64,000 nucleotides of DNA from a virus (taxonomy: Duplodnaviria > Caudoviricetes): IMG/VR virus record IMGVR_UViG_3300030419_006472, positions 32,001 through 96,000 of that record; one strand, written 5' to 3'. A program made the translations under genes and the position numbers. Below the pieces are notes generated by a model. That model made no database searches. It was not told where the DNA came from and worked only from the letters and a program-made list of their open reading frames with translations. This document shows, piece after piece, positions 18,665 to 27,836 of the stretch. The first letter of the stretch is position 1. Each line of letters begins with the position of its first letter.

Positions 18665-19426
18665 TTACACTTTTAAGGCCATATCCCATACTAGTAAATG
18701 TAGCCTAGGGCTAAAATTAAAGTGATGCTTTTTAGCTAATTCTGCAACCATAGGAGCAACTTCAATATGCTCTTTTCTACTACCAGCGCAAGGCATTAAC
18801 CAAACACGACCTGTAGGTATATCAAATTTATCAACATACTTTTTCATCACTTCATCTAAATCTGATTCTTTACTTATGACGAATTTAAAACCAGATCCTT
18901 GATTTGCATGCCATTCTAGTACATTAGGTTTATATCTCCTATTTTCTGGGTCACCATTATTACTAAGCTTAGGAGAAGTAGTAAATGTAGCACCAATTCT
19001 AACCCATTCTTTATCTGGCATAATTGTAGCGTTGGTTTCAAAATCAATTCTAGGTACCCAACCCCATTCTACCTCCATATATGCTAAAAACCTAAGCAAC
19101 GCAGGCTGCTGTACTAAGGGCTCACCACCTGTAATCTTCCATATAGCTCCGTTATATAAATGCTTTTCAAAACCTTCCTGTTCTAAGTGTTGTAATAAAT
19201 CAGCATTTGTAATTCTATTCTTAACGCTCCAAGATATATAACTATCACAACCATTGGGAGAATCTTCTGAAGCGAAACCTTGACATGTAAGGTTACACAT
19301 AGATAATCGCATAAATACCGAAGGGTATCCTACAAACTCTCCTTCTCCTTCCACAGTATAAAATACTTTATCGTCAGATAATAGTATTGTCTTATCACTA
19401 AGATCGTCTTTATAAAGATTTGTCAT
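18665..19426 (-). CDS. queE: 7-carboxy-7-deazaguanine synthase (radical SAM)
   Basis: FYTVEGEG, F.RL..CNLTC-(insert)-CDS, ITGGEP, ETN, SPKL and SPRLH. Confidence 0.93.
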   Translation of the reverse strand: MTNLYKDDLSDKTILLSDDKVFYTVEGEGEFVGYPSVFMRLSMCNLTCQGFASEDSPNGCDSYISWSVKNRITNADLLQHLEQEGFEKHLYNGAIWKITGGEPLVQQPALLRFLAYMEVEWGWVPRIDFETNATIMPDKEWVRIGATFTTSPKLSNNGDPENRRYKPNVLEWHANQGSGFKFVISKESDLDEVMKKYVDKFDIPTGRVWLMPCAGSRKEHIEVAPMVAELAKKHHFNFSPRLHLLVWDMALKV

Positions 19427-19592
19427 TTAAATATAAGTCTTTTATGTCACGGGACTTCGGTTCTACTTCCTTCTTCTTAGGCTTGTCCCATTTTATATCG
19501 TCCCAGTTATCATTGACTTTACTGGTATCCTCTTTTCGGCGCTTACTACCTTTACTCATTATTAATCTACTGTAGCTGAAAGTGCAGACCAT
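19410..19592 (-). CDS. Small basic hypothetical protein (likely start MSKGSKRR)
   Basis: Fills the queD-queE gap; the KGSKRR...NWD.I motif is typical of small phage ORFs. Confidence 0.55.
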   Translation of the reverse strand: MVCTFSYSRLIMSKGSKRRKEDTSKVNDNWDDIKWDKPKKKEVEPKSRDIKDLYLNDKSL

Positions 19593-20041
19593 ACTGCAGT
19601 TGTATCTTCTACTTCATAAATAGCAGAATTATTTTCATGTTCGAAAACTTCTACTCTTTTACACCAACATCTATCATCAGTTAGTTCTTTTACATACTCA
19701 TCAGCAGTTCGCCAGCAATATTCAGCAAACTTTTCAATACCAACACCATCCATAATTCTTAAATCTACAATATCATCGTCGTTTAACATCTTAAAGGCTC
19801 TTATTGCAGGGTCGTCGGCGGCAATTACAGTGGTGTGATCGAATTGATGTTGGAGTTTCTTTTTAAGATCTTTTAATCCACCGAAGTCAACAACCCAATT
19901 ATTCTCATCTAACTCTTTAGCTCCAAACCAAAATTTACCAACCAACCGATAACCGTGTACAAACCGGCAATGCGATGTAGCTTTAGGCTGTCTGAACGCA
20001 CAACTACCTAATTCAATAATTTTAGTACTAGAAAAACTCAT
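19562..20041 (-). CDS. queD: 6-carboxy-5,6,7,8-tetrahydropterin synthase
   Basis: CAFRQ, HCRFVHGY, VVDFG.LK, FDHT, E.FA and VFEHENNSA. Confidence 0.92.
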   Translation of the reverse strand: MSFSSTKIIELGSCAFRQPKATSHCRFVHGYRLVGKFWFGAKELDENNWVVDFGGLKDLKKKLQHQFDHTTVIAADDPAIRAFKMLNDDDIVDLRIMDGVGIEKFAEYCWRTADEYVKELTDDRCWCKRVEVFEHENNSAIYEVEDTTAVWSALSATVD

Positions 20042-20047
20042 AAAATA

Positions 20048-20075
20048 ATTATATATTATTCTTCTTTTTTGTCAA
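20048..20075 (-). promoter_or_regulatory. Sigma70-type promoter for queD-queE-kinase
   Basis: Minus strand reads TTGACA-N16-TATAAT-N6-ATG. Confidence 0.75.
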
Positions 20076-20304
20076 GTTTTAATTCTATGGATTGTAAGAC
20101 GTTATTAAAATTATCAACTACCCAACACACACCAGCACTGACAAACGGAAACAATATATAATCGTTTTTACTTACGAAATATACAATAACACCTGACCAG
20201 AAACCTAAACATAAGCTACATTTAAATAACTCTCGTAAAAACGGTATTTTAGTAAGAATTTTTCTAGGAAAATTAAGTATTGTACCGTATTTGAGAATGA
20301 ACAT
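20056..20304 (-). CDS. DUF1360-like small membrane protein
   Basis: ELFKCSLCLGFWSG motif with hydrophobic segments. The frame stays open about 13 codons further upstream. Confidence 0.7.
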   Translation of the reverse strand: MFILKYGTILNFPRKILTKIPFLRELFKCSLCLGFWSGVIVYFVSKNDYILFPFVSAGVCWVVDNFNNVLQSIELKLDKKEE

Positions 20305-20339
20305 TAACCCAATACAGGCTAATATATCAATAATAATTG

Positions 20340-20513
20340 TTATTTATCCTCCTTTAACAGATCCTTTAAAGCTTTAGTAATTAATTTAGCTTGTGAAACG
20401 TCCATTTTTACAGTATTATTATCATCGTCTGTAATATGAACGGTTTTTTTATCTTCTAGCAAAGATAATGTAGGGCAACACGCTTTACCGCCGCACAATA
20501 AGATAGATTTCAT
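20340..20513 (-). CDS. Small hypothetical protein (57 aa, MKSILLCGGKACCPTL...), not in the ORF track
   Basis: Translated by hand; TAAATA sits 5 nt upstream of the ATG. Confidence 0.65.
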   Translation of the reverse strand: MKSILLCGGKACCPTLSLLEDKKTVHITDDDNNTVKMDVSQAKLITKALKDLLKEDK

Positions 20514-20531
20514 GTAACTATTTATTTCTAT

Positions 20532-20639
20532 TTACCAGAAAGGATATGTATTATCATCATCATCGTCTTTTTTAAGCTTTTGTAATATCCATTGCTTAAT
20601 TTGAAGGTATCTTAATTTTATCTTATAAAAAACTGTCAT
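20532..20639 (-). CDS. 35-aa peptide (MTVFYKIKLRYLQIKQW...NTYPFW), not in the ORF track
   Basis: Its ATG overlaps the TGA of the upstream SGNH gene as ATGA, and it fills the gap exactly. Confidence 0.5.
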   Translation of the reverse strand: MTVFYKIKLRYLQIKQWILQKLKKDDDDDNTYPFW

Positions 20640-21412
20640 AAATGTTCCTTTATTTTATCTGCTATTAGCTTGGCCCCAAGTTGGTTTACATGTCGATGAT
20701 CCTCAGTCAATGTTGGATTATGGGATTTAAACCAACTGGTGTGAAAATTATTCTCATTAATATAAACAATATTATTTATATCACAATATTCGGATAATGT
20801 TTCTTTATAAAAATCTTTTGAAAATTCATGAATAAAAGGATGTATAGTTTCTTCGTAACGTAAAAATATTATTTTAATTTCAGGAAATTTATCACGAATA
20901 AGGTCAACATTATATTTTACAGCTCTTATCGCTTTTTCATAAAATAAATCACGACGAGACATAATATCATATATGTCTTGCATAGTAATTTTAGATTTTT
21001 TAGGCGATAGATCGTTTCCAAACTTTAACATAGTCCATAAAAACTCTGATCCATATATGTCAGTCTTTTGGTCATGGCCAATCCGATCTGGGTGACGCAA
21101 TCTCCCTTTTTTAATTTTTACATTATATTTTTTAGATAAATATTCTTTTATCTCTATAGGCGCTGAATAAAAATCATCTATTGAATAATTTTTACATAAT
21201 GGTTGTCTTGCTGGAGACGGTACTTGCCAGATAAAATGAGTTAGTTTAAGATGGTATTTATTAGTTAAAAACTCTTTAACCCGTGTTACGTCGATGCCAG
21301 AACCACGTTCAGCAATACTGTGTACCTTCCCTGGTAAGTAACGCCAATACGCCTGCATCGCGCCAACCCCAAAGGAAATAGAAAATGAACAACCGTTATT
21401 TAAAATAATCAT
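20636..21412 (-). CDS. SGNH/GDSL-hydrolase-like protein, array member 6
   Basis: ILNNGCSF, GSGI, THFIWQVPSPARQP, KIIFLRYE and EDHRHVN..GAKLIADKIKE. Confidence 0.72.
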   Translation of the reverse strand: MIILNNGCSFSISFGVGAMQAYWRYLPGKVHSIAERGSGIDVTRVKEFLTNKYHLKLTHFIWQVPSPARQPLCKNYSIDDFYSAPIEIKEYLSKKYNVKIKKGRLRHPDRIGHDQKTDIYGSEFLWTMLKFGNDLSPKKSKITMQDIYDIMSRRDLFYEKAIRAVKYNVDLIRDKFPEIKIIFLRYEETIHPFIHEFSKDFYKETLSEYCDINNIVYINENNFHTSWFKSHNPTLTEDHRHVNQLGAKLIADKIKEHL

Positions 21413-22341
21413 AAATACTCTTTTATTTTATTTGCTATTAGTTCTGCACCGGCGCGATTAGGGTGTCTTTTATCATCACATAATTTTTTATCTTTAAACC
21501 ATTTTGTATTAAAATTTTCTTCATAGATATATGTAACATTATTGTCTTTACAATACTCAGATAAAGTATTTTTAAACCAATCCTTTGCGTATTCATGAAC
21601 TAAGGGTATTTTAGTTTCTTCATACCGTAAAAATATAATTTTTACATCTGGCCATTTATCGCGAAGTATATTAACATTTTCATTTACACCGTTAAGTGCC
21701 TTTTTTAAATATCTTTCACGGGTCTCGAGCCCGAAAATTTTATGTTCATGTCGTAGTTGATGCCATAAAAAATTATCTTGTAAGTATTTTGTCTTCTGAA
21801 CTTCTTCCCACGAACCCTCCATATATTTTTCCCCACACCCAAACCTCTTAAACCGACGACCTAGGAGCCTAAGGACGTCTGTTAAGCGTTCGCTGTAACC
21901 TGTTGAGTGGTTAAGAGCTCGTTCTGTGTACTTAGGAGCATTCTCCGAAATTTCCCAAAGCTCATCTATTTGTAAGGTAGCTTTATAAAACTCTTCATCA
22001 TCTTTTAATTCTTCAAATATCGGCTGTCTAGTAGGATGAGGGATTTGATAAATATAATGAGTTAATTGTTTGTTTTTTTTACGCCAACGAGCATCTACCT
22101 CATCTAAAAACCTCTTAGTCCGTGTTACGTCAATACCGGATCCGTGTTTGGCAATATTGTGTATTTCTCCTGGTAAATAATCACAATATGATGTTATGTA
22201 CCAATCAGTGTTGCGCCGGACTTTCGGTTTTTTAGGTGAAGAATGTTTATCTTTCCGTAGCAATTGTTGTCCTTTACCGTTTTTAGCATATTTAATTTTG
22301 CTTTTAGCCGAAAATGAACAACCGTTATTAAGAATAACCAT
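21409..22341 (-). CDS. SGNH/GDSL-hydrolase-like protein, array member 5
   Basis: ILNNGCSF, GSGI, THYIYQIPHPTRQP, KIIFLRYE and DDKRHPN.AGAELIA. Confidence 0.72.
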   Translation of the reverse strand: MVILNNGCSFSAKSKIKYAKNGKGQQLLRKDKHSSPKKPKVRRNTDWYITSYCDYLPGEIHNIAKHGSGIDVTRTKRFLDEVDARWRKKNKQLTHYIYQIPHPTRQPIFEELKDDEEFYKATLQIDELWEISENAPKYTERALNHSTGYSERLTDVLRLLGRRFKRFGCGEKYMEGSWEEVQKTKYLQDNFLWHQLRHEHKIFGLETRERYLKKALNGVNENVNILRDKWPDVKIIFLRYEETKIPLVHEYAKDWFKNTLSEYCKDNNVTYIYEENFNTKWFKDKKLCDDKRHPNRAGAELIANKIKEYL

Positions 22342-22352
22342 AGAAATATTTA

Positions 22353-23147
22353 TTATAAGTTTTTCTTTATTCTATTTGCGATTAATTTCGAACCTTCAAT
22401 ATTAGGGTGTACTTTGTCAATGGTTAAATTATGACGGTAAAACCATAAAGTGTTAAATTGTTTTTCATATATATACGTTATATCGTTATCCTCGCAATAA
22501 TTTGGTAGTAATTGTTTATAAAAATCTTTACAAAATTCAGCAATTAAAGGATTTCGACCTTCCTCATAACGTAAAAATATAATTTTTACATCAGGATGTT
22601 CTCGTCTGACGATATTAACATTATTATTAACTTTACTTAAAGCTTTATTTAAAAATAAATGCCTATTATTGAATTCTTCTACATTGCCTCCCTTAAGTAA
22701 CCGCCATAATGTTCTATTTTTTTTACCTACAGACCATAGATTATCCTTGTGCTTTCCACAAAAGGGCCACGCATAAGGATCGTTTAATTGTTTTGGTTGT
22801 CTGGCGGGGCTCGGTACTTGATAGATAAAATGTGTTAAACGGATATTTTTATTTCGTGTAATAAACTTCGATATATCTTGACTTTGAATACCGCTAGCTG
22901 GTCTTCCTATATTATATGTTGTCTCAGGGAGGTAATTAGTATAAGAGACATACGGGTTCAGTATAAACTCATTTAATTTAATAGTAATTTCATCTGCAAG
23001 CGCAGACGCTGGATGACCATTAGCATAATCTGCAGGTATAAAACTAGGACCTGGTACGGTACTATCATCTATTCCGTCAACAGTGATATCGCTAGTATGA
23101 TTCCAACCAGCTGTAAACGAACAACCTGCACATAATATATTATACAC
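22353..23147 (-). CDS. SGNH/GDSL-hydrolase-like protein, array member 4
   Basis: ILCAGCSFT, ASGI, THFIYQVPSPARQP, KIIFLRYE and DKVHPN. Confidence 0.72.
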   Translation of the reverse strand: MYNILCAGCSFTAGWNHTSDITVDGIDDSTVPGPSFIPADYANGHPASALADEITIKLNEFILNPYVSYTNYLPETTYNIGRPASGIQSQDISKFITRNKNIRLTHFIYQVPSPARQPKQLNDPYAWPFCGKHKDNLWSVGKKNRTLWRLLKGGNVEEFNNRHLFLNKALSKVNNNVNIVRREHPDVKIIFLRYEEGRNPLIAEFCKDFYKQLLPNYCEDNDITYIYEKQFNTLWFYRHNLTIDKVHPNIEGSKLIANRIKKNL

Positions 23148-23944
23148 TATAAATACTCTTTTATTTTATCTGCTATCAGCTTGGCTCCTGCTTTATTGGG
23201 ATGGATTCCAAGTTTGTGTTTTTTAAACCATCTTGTATTAAAATTCTCTTCATAGATATATGAAAAATTATTTTTTTCACAATAGTTAGCTAGTGTGTTT
23301 TTATAAAAATTTTTAGTAAATTCATATTGTAAGGGCTTTCTCGTATCCTCGTACCGTAAAAATATTATTTTAGCATTAGGGTGATTTTCTCGAATTAAAT
23401 TAACATTAATGTTAACTACATCTATAGCTTTTTTATGATATTCCTCTATTTTATCAAAAACCTGTAAATTAGGTTTTCTTAATTCATTATATATTGTTTT
23501 TTCAAAATCATTATCAGGTGTACGCCGCGTTCCCTCATTAATACTTACTTCTTCCAATTTACCATCATAATGTACGTAAGTATGACCGTTTATAAATGCG
23601 TATTTATCACGACCTCCAATTCTAAGTCTAAAATGATCTTCATTGTAATTATTCAAATCTACGGGTTGGCGAGTAGGACTAGGTACTTGATAAATAACGT
23701 GTGTCAATTTTACGTCTCTATTTTGATCAAAAAACAGTCTAAAATATCTGGGAGAAATTCCAAGTCCCCATTTACCAATATTATATGTTTTACCAGGTAA
23801 ATAATTGGCATATGGATACCAGCGAGGATTTAATGGGTCATCGTCCACCAGCTCAACGGAAGTCTTACGATCAACGTATGTTACTTCGCGTTTATAATTA
23901 CCGTGAGTAAAAGAACAGCCAGCACATAATATATTATACATCAT
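23147..23944 (-). CDS. SGNH/GDSL-hydrolase-like protein, array member 3
   Basis: ILCAGCSFT, GLGI, THVIYQVPSPTRQP, KIIFLRYE and GIHPN. Confidence 0.72.
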   Translation of the reverse strand: MMYNILCAGCSFTHGNYKREVTYVDRKTSVELVDDDPLNPRWYPYANYLPGKTYNIGKWGLGISPRYFRLFFDQNRDVKLTHVIYQVPSPTRQPVDLNNYNEDHFRLRIGGRDKYAFINGHTYVHYDGKLEEVSINEGTRRTPDNDFEKTIYNELRKPNLQVFDKIEEYHKKAIDVVNINVNLIRENHPNAKIIFLRYEDTRKPLQYEFTKNFYKNTLANYCEKNNFSYIYEENFNTRWFKKHKLGIHPNKAGAKLIADKIKEYL

Positions 23945-24660
23945 ATATATATTTTTATTTTATCTGCAATTATCTTAACTCCCTCACCGTCAGGATGTGT
24001 TTGGTCAGTCGTCATTCCATTTTTGTTAAACCATTTTGAATTAAAATCTTCTTCATATATATACGTAATATCGTTTTTCATGCAATATTCACTTAAATTA
24101 TTTTTATACCAATCTTTACAAAATGCACTGAGTAATGGAATAGTAGTTATTTCATAACGGAGAAATATAATTTTAATCCCTGGGTAGTTTTCACGTATAA
24201 ACTTAACGTTAATATCTACGTTGTTCATAGCTTTATCTAAATATTTTTCATGATTAGTAAAAATCTCCGTAATATGTTTGCTTCTTAAAATTTTATTTTC
24301 TATTAATAAATTCCATATATTTTTTTTATTTAAAATTGAATTTTTATAACCGTGGATTATTTTTCTTTCGTCCTCTACAGCTTCTCTAATATGAAAACAC
24401 TCCGGAGCGTTTTCGTTTATGTCTAAAGGCTGACGCGCAGGAGATGGTACTTGATAAATAAAATGTGTTAAATCTATATCTTTATTTTCTTGAACGAATT
24501 TCTCAATTAAATGCTTTGTAATACCTGCGCCAGCTTCTCCGATGTTATATACAAACTCCGGTAAATGATTAGCATATGAATAACCTCCGAAAGTATTACC
24601 TGTAGGGAGCCTTTCGCATTTTGTAAACGAACAACCGGCGCATAATATATTATACATCAT
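23941..24660 (-). CDS. SGNH/GDSL-hydrolase-like protein, array member 2
   Basis: ILCAGCSFT, GAGI, THFIYQVPSPARQP, KIIFLRYE and DQTHPD. Confidence 0.72.
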   Translation of the reverse strand: MMYNILCAGCSFTKCERLPTGNTFGGYSYANHLPEFVYNIGEAGAGITKHLIEKFVQENKDIDLTHFIYQVPSPARQPLDINENAPECFHIREAVEDERKIIHGYKNSILNKKNIWNLLIENKILRSKHITEIFTNHEKYLDKAMNNVDINVKFIRENYPGIKIIFLRYEITTIPLLSAFCKDWYKNNLSEYCMKNDITYIYEEDFNSKWFNKNGMTTDQTHPDGEGVKIIADKIKIYI

Positions 24661-25427
24661 AAATTTTCCTCTATCTTATCTGCTATTAGCCTAGCTCCTG
24701 CTCTATTAGGGTGTGAGCCATAGTTATTTCGCTTAAACCACTTTGTACCGAAATTTTTTTCATTAATATACGGTATATCGTTTTTCTCACAATAATTAGT
24801 TAGTACTTTTTTATAAAAATTCCTGCTAAATTCATATATTAACGGTTTTATTGTATGTTCAAATTTTAAAAATATTATCTTAGCATTAGGATAAGTTTCT
24901 CGAATTAAATCAACACTTTTGTTAACCATGTATAAGGCTTTTTTATGATATTCCTCTATTTTATCAAAACCTTGCAAACTCGAGTTAAAATGATTTTTAG
25001 AAACCGCTAACTGCATCCATAATGATTTTATTCCAAAGCTTGCACCTAAGGCTCTAAAATGATTTTCATTATAATCACTTAAATCTACGGGTTGACGAGT
25101 CGGACAAGGTACTTGATAAATAAAATGTGTTAAATTTATATCTGGTTTTACTTTTATAAACTTTTTGAGATACTTAGGAGAAATACCAAAACCACGTTTT
25201 CCAATGTTAAATACATGACCTGGTAAATAACTTGCATACGGAAATTCTTCTGTACCTTTATGACAGTGTGTAAACGAGCAACCACTACATAATATGCAAT
25301 AATTTTTATCAGAAGGATTTATGGTCTCTAAACACAATGGAGATTTTTCGCAAAATGTTGTATGTCCTATATATTCGTGATTTCTATATATTTTCTTTGT
25401 GCTCAGATCCGATCTCTCAACAACCAT
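24657..25427 (-). CDS. SGNH/GDSL-hydrolase-like protein, array member 1
   Basis: ILCSGCSFT, GFGI, THFIYQVPCPTRQP, KIIFLKFE and GSHPN. Confidence 0.72.
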   Translation of the reverse strand: MVVERSDLSTKKIYRNHEYIGHTTFCEKSPLCLETINPSDKNYCILCSGCSFTHCHKGTEEFPYASYLPGHVFNIGKRGFGISPKYLKKFIKVKPDINLTHFIYQVPCPTRQPVDLSDYNENHFRALGASFGIKSLWMQLAVSKNHFNSSLQGFDKIEEYHKKALYMVNKSVDLIRETYPNAKIIFLKFEHTIKPLIYEFSRNFYKKVLTNYCEKNDIPYINEKNFGTKWFKRNNYGSHPNRAGARLIADKIEENL

Positions 25428-25432
25428 AGAAG

Positions 25433-25438
25433 TATTTA
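25433..25438 (-). promoter_or_regulatory. Late promoter TAAATA heading the SGNH array (second copy at 22347-22352)
   Basis: TAAATA-N5-ATG on the minus strand at both sites. Confidence 0.6.
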
Positions 25439-25443
25439 ATGAG

Positions 25444-25471
25444 TTGATTTATAATTCAAATATGTTATAAT
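25444..25471 (+). promoter_or_regulatory. Sigma70-type promoter of folE
   Basis: TTGATT-N16-TATAAT-N7-ATG(25479). Confidence 0.6.
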
Positions 25472-25478
25472 GATTCAT

Positions 25479-26117
25479 ATGAATGAGGATTTACTTCGAT
25501 ACGCTAACGGTAATAAACCGCGAACACAAGAAGAGAGAGAAGCGATAATTGATAAAGCTGCTGCAGCGTATGAAAAATATATGGATGCATTAGGCTTTGA
25601 TTGGAGAAATGATCCTAATAGCGCAGACACTCCAAGACGGGTAGCTAAGGCATTTGTTAATGATCTAGCAGAAGGATGTTATAGTAATTCACCGAAAATT
25701 ACAGCATTTGATAATGTTGATAAGTACGATGGTTTAGTATTTCAAGGTAATATTAAAGTTAATTCTTTTTGCTCACATCATCACTTACCGTTTATTGGTC
25801 AAGCTCATGTATCTTATATACCTGGAAAAGACGGTAAGGTAATCGGTTTAAGTAAAATTAATCGTATTGTTGAATGGTTTTCAAGACGACCACAAGTACA
25901 AGAAAACTTAACTATGCAAATTCATAATTATATGAATGAAGTATGTAAGGGAAATAAAGGTATTGCAGTTCTAGTATCAGCTAATCATACATGCGCCGGT
26001 CTTAGAGGTGTTAAGCATGATAGTATTATGAAAACTGCTAGAATGTCAGGAGCGTTTTTAGATAAAACAGATTTAACTCGTCAAGAGTTTTATGACTTTG
26101 TCAGAGATTTAAAATAA
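25479..26117 (+). CDS. folE: GTP cyclohydrolase I
   Basis: DTPRRVAK, SFCSHHHLPF, IGLSKINR, RPQVQE and HTC..LRGV. Start moved to 25479 because the ATG at 25470 overlaps the -10 box. Confidence 0.96.
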   Translation: MNEDLLRYANGNKPRTQEEREAIIDKAAAAYEKYMDALGFDWRNDPNSADTPRRVAKAFVNDLAEGCYSNSPKITAFDNVDKYDGLVFQGNIKVNSFCSHHHLPFIGQAHVSYIPGKDGKVIGLSKINRIVEWFSRRPQVQENLTMQIHNYMNEVCKGNKGIAVLVSANHTCAGLRGVKHDSIMKTARMSGAFLDKTDLTRQEFYDFVRDLK

Positions 26118-27284
26118 TTACTGAAGAGAATCAAAAACTTGTTTAACTTCCTCAGGACTGACGTGCTCCGGTATGTCAGTCCTTATTTTTTCAAAATCGT
26201 CAAAGTTATCTCTAATATTACTAGCACTATAAGGACGACCAGATGCATTTGTACTAACATTAACAGCAGTCTGTTCCGGGTCGAGGATATTTAAACCTAA
26301 TCCTTCTTTCTCGGCCCATGGACGCGCATATGACCAGCGCTTCCAATCATTATCTTTTGTACTAGCTCCTAAAACTACCGTTGTTCCGGCATCTAATGTC
26401 TTAAGAGATTCATACGCTGCCGTAACTGGGGACGGATATTCAGAAATACTTACTGTTACATTATTAAGAGGTTCAACGTATAGTTCAAAAATTTGTGCTG
26501 CAGCAGATGGAGTAATTACTTTACCGTCTTTAGTTCTTCTCTCACTCTTAGCAGACGGTGCAGAAATTAAAACATGTACATGACCATCAGGATAGGCTCG
26601 GCTATAATGTTCGACCATTTCATAATGACCTTTATGAGGTGGTTTAAAGCTACCAGGAACAAGAACAACTACTTTATCGTTTTTTTTTAATAGATCCTCA
26701 AGGACCATGTCTGCTTTATTAACAAAACTTTCAGTATATCCTTGATCGACTAGTATCTTGTGTACAATTTTAGCTACCTTTTTAGCAGTTTCTGGTTCAG
26801 CATCTTTATTAATAAGTTCTCTATCAGCGTCTGATAGTAATACATCATCTAAGTCAATATGTAATGCTTTACGAGCAAGATTTACTAAAAATGTTTCTCC
26901 TTCTGTCGTTAACGGTTCAGCTGGCTCTTGAACAGGATCCGGTAACGGTGGAACTCCAACTCCAGGAGGCGGAATAGCTGGTTCAAATTCACCACCAACA
27001 GGTGGTCCTTGTCTAGGAACAAATTCATCTCCTGGAGCCTCGATGAGCATTGAGTTAATTACTTCTGTTGAAGAATTTAAGGCCTGTATATCCTGTTGAA
27101 CCTTGGTTTGGAGCTTTTTAGTTCTTTCATCATCATCTTTTAATGCTTGCTTTTCATCATCAGTAAGATCATTAGGTGTCTCCTTCTGCTTTTTTCTTAG
27201 GTTAGCGAGGGTTTGAGTCTCAGTAGAGTGTGTATCATCATGACCTGTTGTCAATTCAGCGATTTTTTTAAGAAACTTACTCAT
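26118..27284 (-). CDS. Late protein with C-terminal cytidylyltransferase-like (HxGH) domain
   Basis: PGSFKPPHKGH and SASNIR; charged, Pro-rich N-terminal half; TATAAATA upstream. Confidence 0.78.
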   Translation of the reverse strand: MSKFLKKIAELTTGHDDTHSTETQTLANLRKKQKETPNDLTDDEKQALKDDDERTKKLQTKVQQDIQALNSSTEVINSMLIEAPGDEFVPRQGPPVGGEFEPAIPPPGVGVPPLPDPVQEPAEPLTTEGETFLVNLARKALHIDLDDVLLSDADRELINKDAEPETAKKVAKIVHKILVDQGYTESFVNKADMVLEDLLKKNDKVVVLVPGSFKPPHKGHYEMVEHYSRAYPDGHVHVLISAPSAKSERRTKDGKVITPSAAAQIFELYVEPLNNVTVSISEYPSPVTAAYESLKTLDAGTTVVLGASTKDNDWKRWSYARPWAEKEGLGLNILDPEQTAVNVSTNASGRPYSASNIRDNFDDFEKIRTDIPEHVSPEEVKQVFDSLQ

Positions 27285-27293
27285 CTTAATTAT

Positions 27294-27836
27294 TTATAGC
27301 AGCGAAAGCTTATTTCTTATATCATTGAAATATGTTTTATCTAAAAATGTTAACTCATAACGCTTACAAAAATATTGTAACTTACTAAAATAAAACTTAC
27401 CGATTTGTATCTTTTTAAGTTTTCTCATTAACAATATAATTAACTCTGTTGAAACACCATCACATTTAAGTGTTTTCTTAAATTCTTTAAAGGATAATGG
27501 TTCGCGTATTATAATAACCGGAAATTTCTTCGCAAAAACGTTTAAAAAGGGAATATACTCTTTATTAAGCATGTTAGTAATATCGAAATATATTACCGGT
27601 TTTTTCTTATTATTACAAATTTTTAATACCTCACAAGTATAATGTATAAAATAATGAAATATATATTTTTTATGCTGTTTGTTATTAAACTTTAACTCAC
27701 TATCAAATTCAGATATCTTATCAATCGATGAATTATGAATATATTCTATTACCGGAGTAAAATTAACAATATTGAAAAAAGAATTAGGTAACTTATAACT
27801 CTGGTGGTGGATTTTCGTTAAGTTTTCTAATTGCAT
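27294..27836 (-). CDS. Hypothetical protein
   Basis: 180-aa ORF in an operon context; no motif recognised. Confidence 0.6.
   Translation of the reverse strand: MQLENLTKIHHQSYKLPNSFFNIVNFTPVIEYIHNSSIDKISEFDSELKFNNKQHKKYIFHYFIHYTCEVLKICNNKKKPVIYFDITNMLNKEYIPFLNVFAKKFPVIIIREPLSFKEFKKTLKCDGVSTELIILLMRKLKKIQIGKFYFSKLQYFCKRYELTFLDKTYFNDIRNKLSLL

Noticed and set aside
20636-25427. SGNH array as a diversity-generating retroelement or integron cassette array
   Set aside because: No reverse transcriptase or integrase is in the window, differences between copies are not adenine-specific, and the genes overlap with no room for attC sites.
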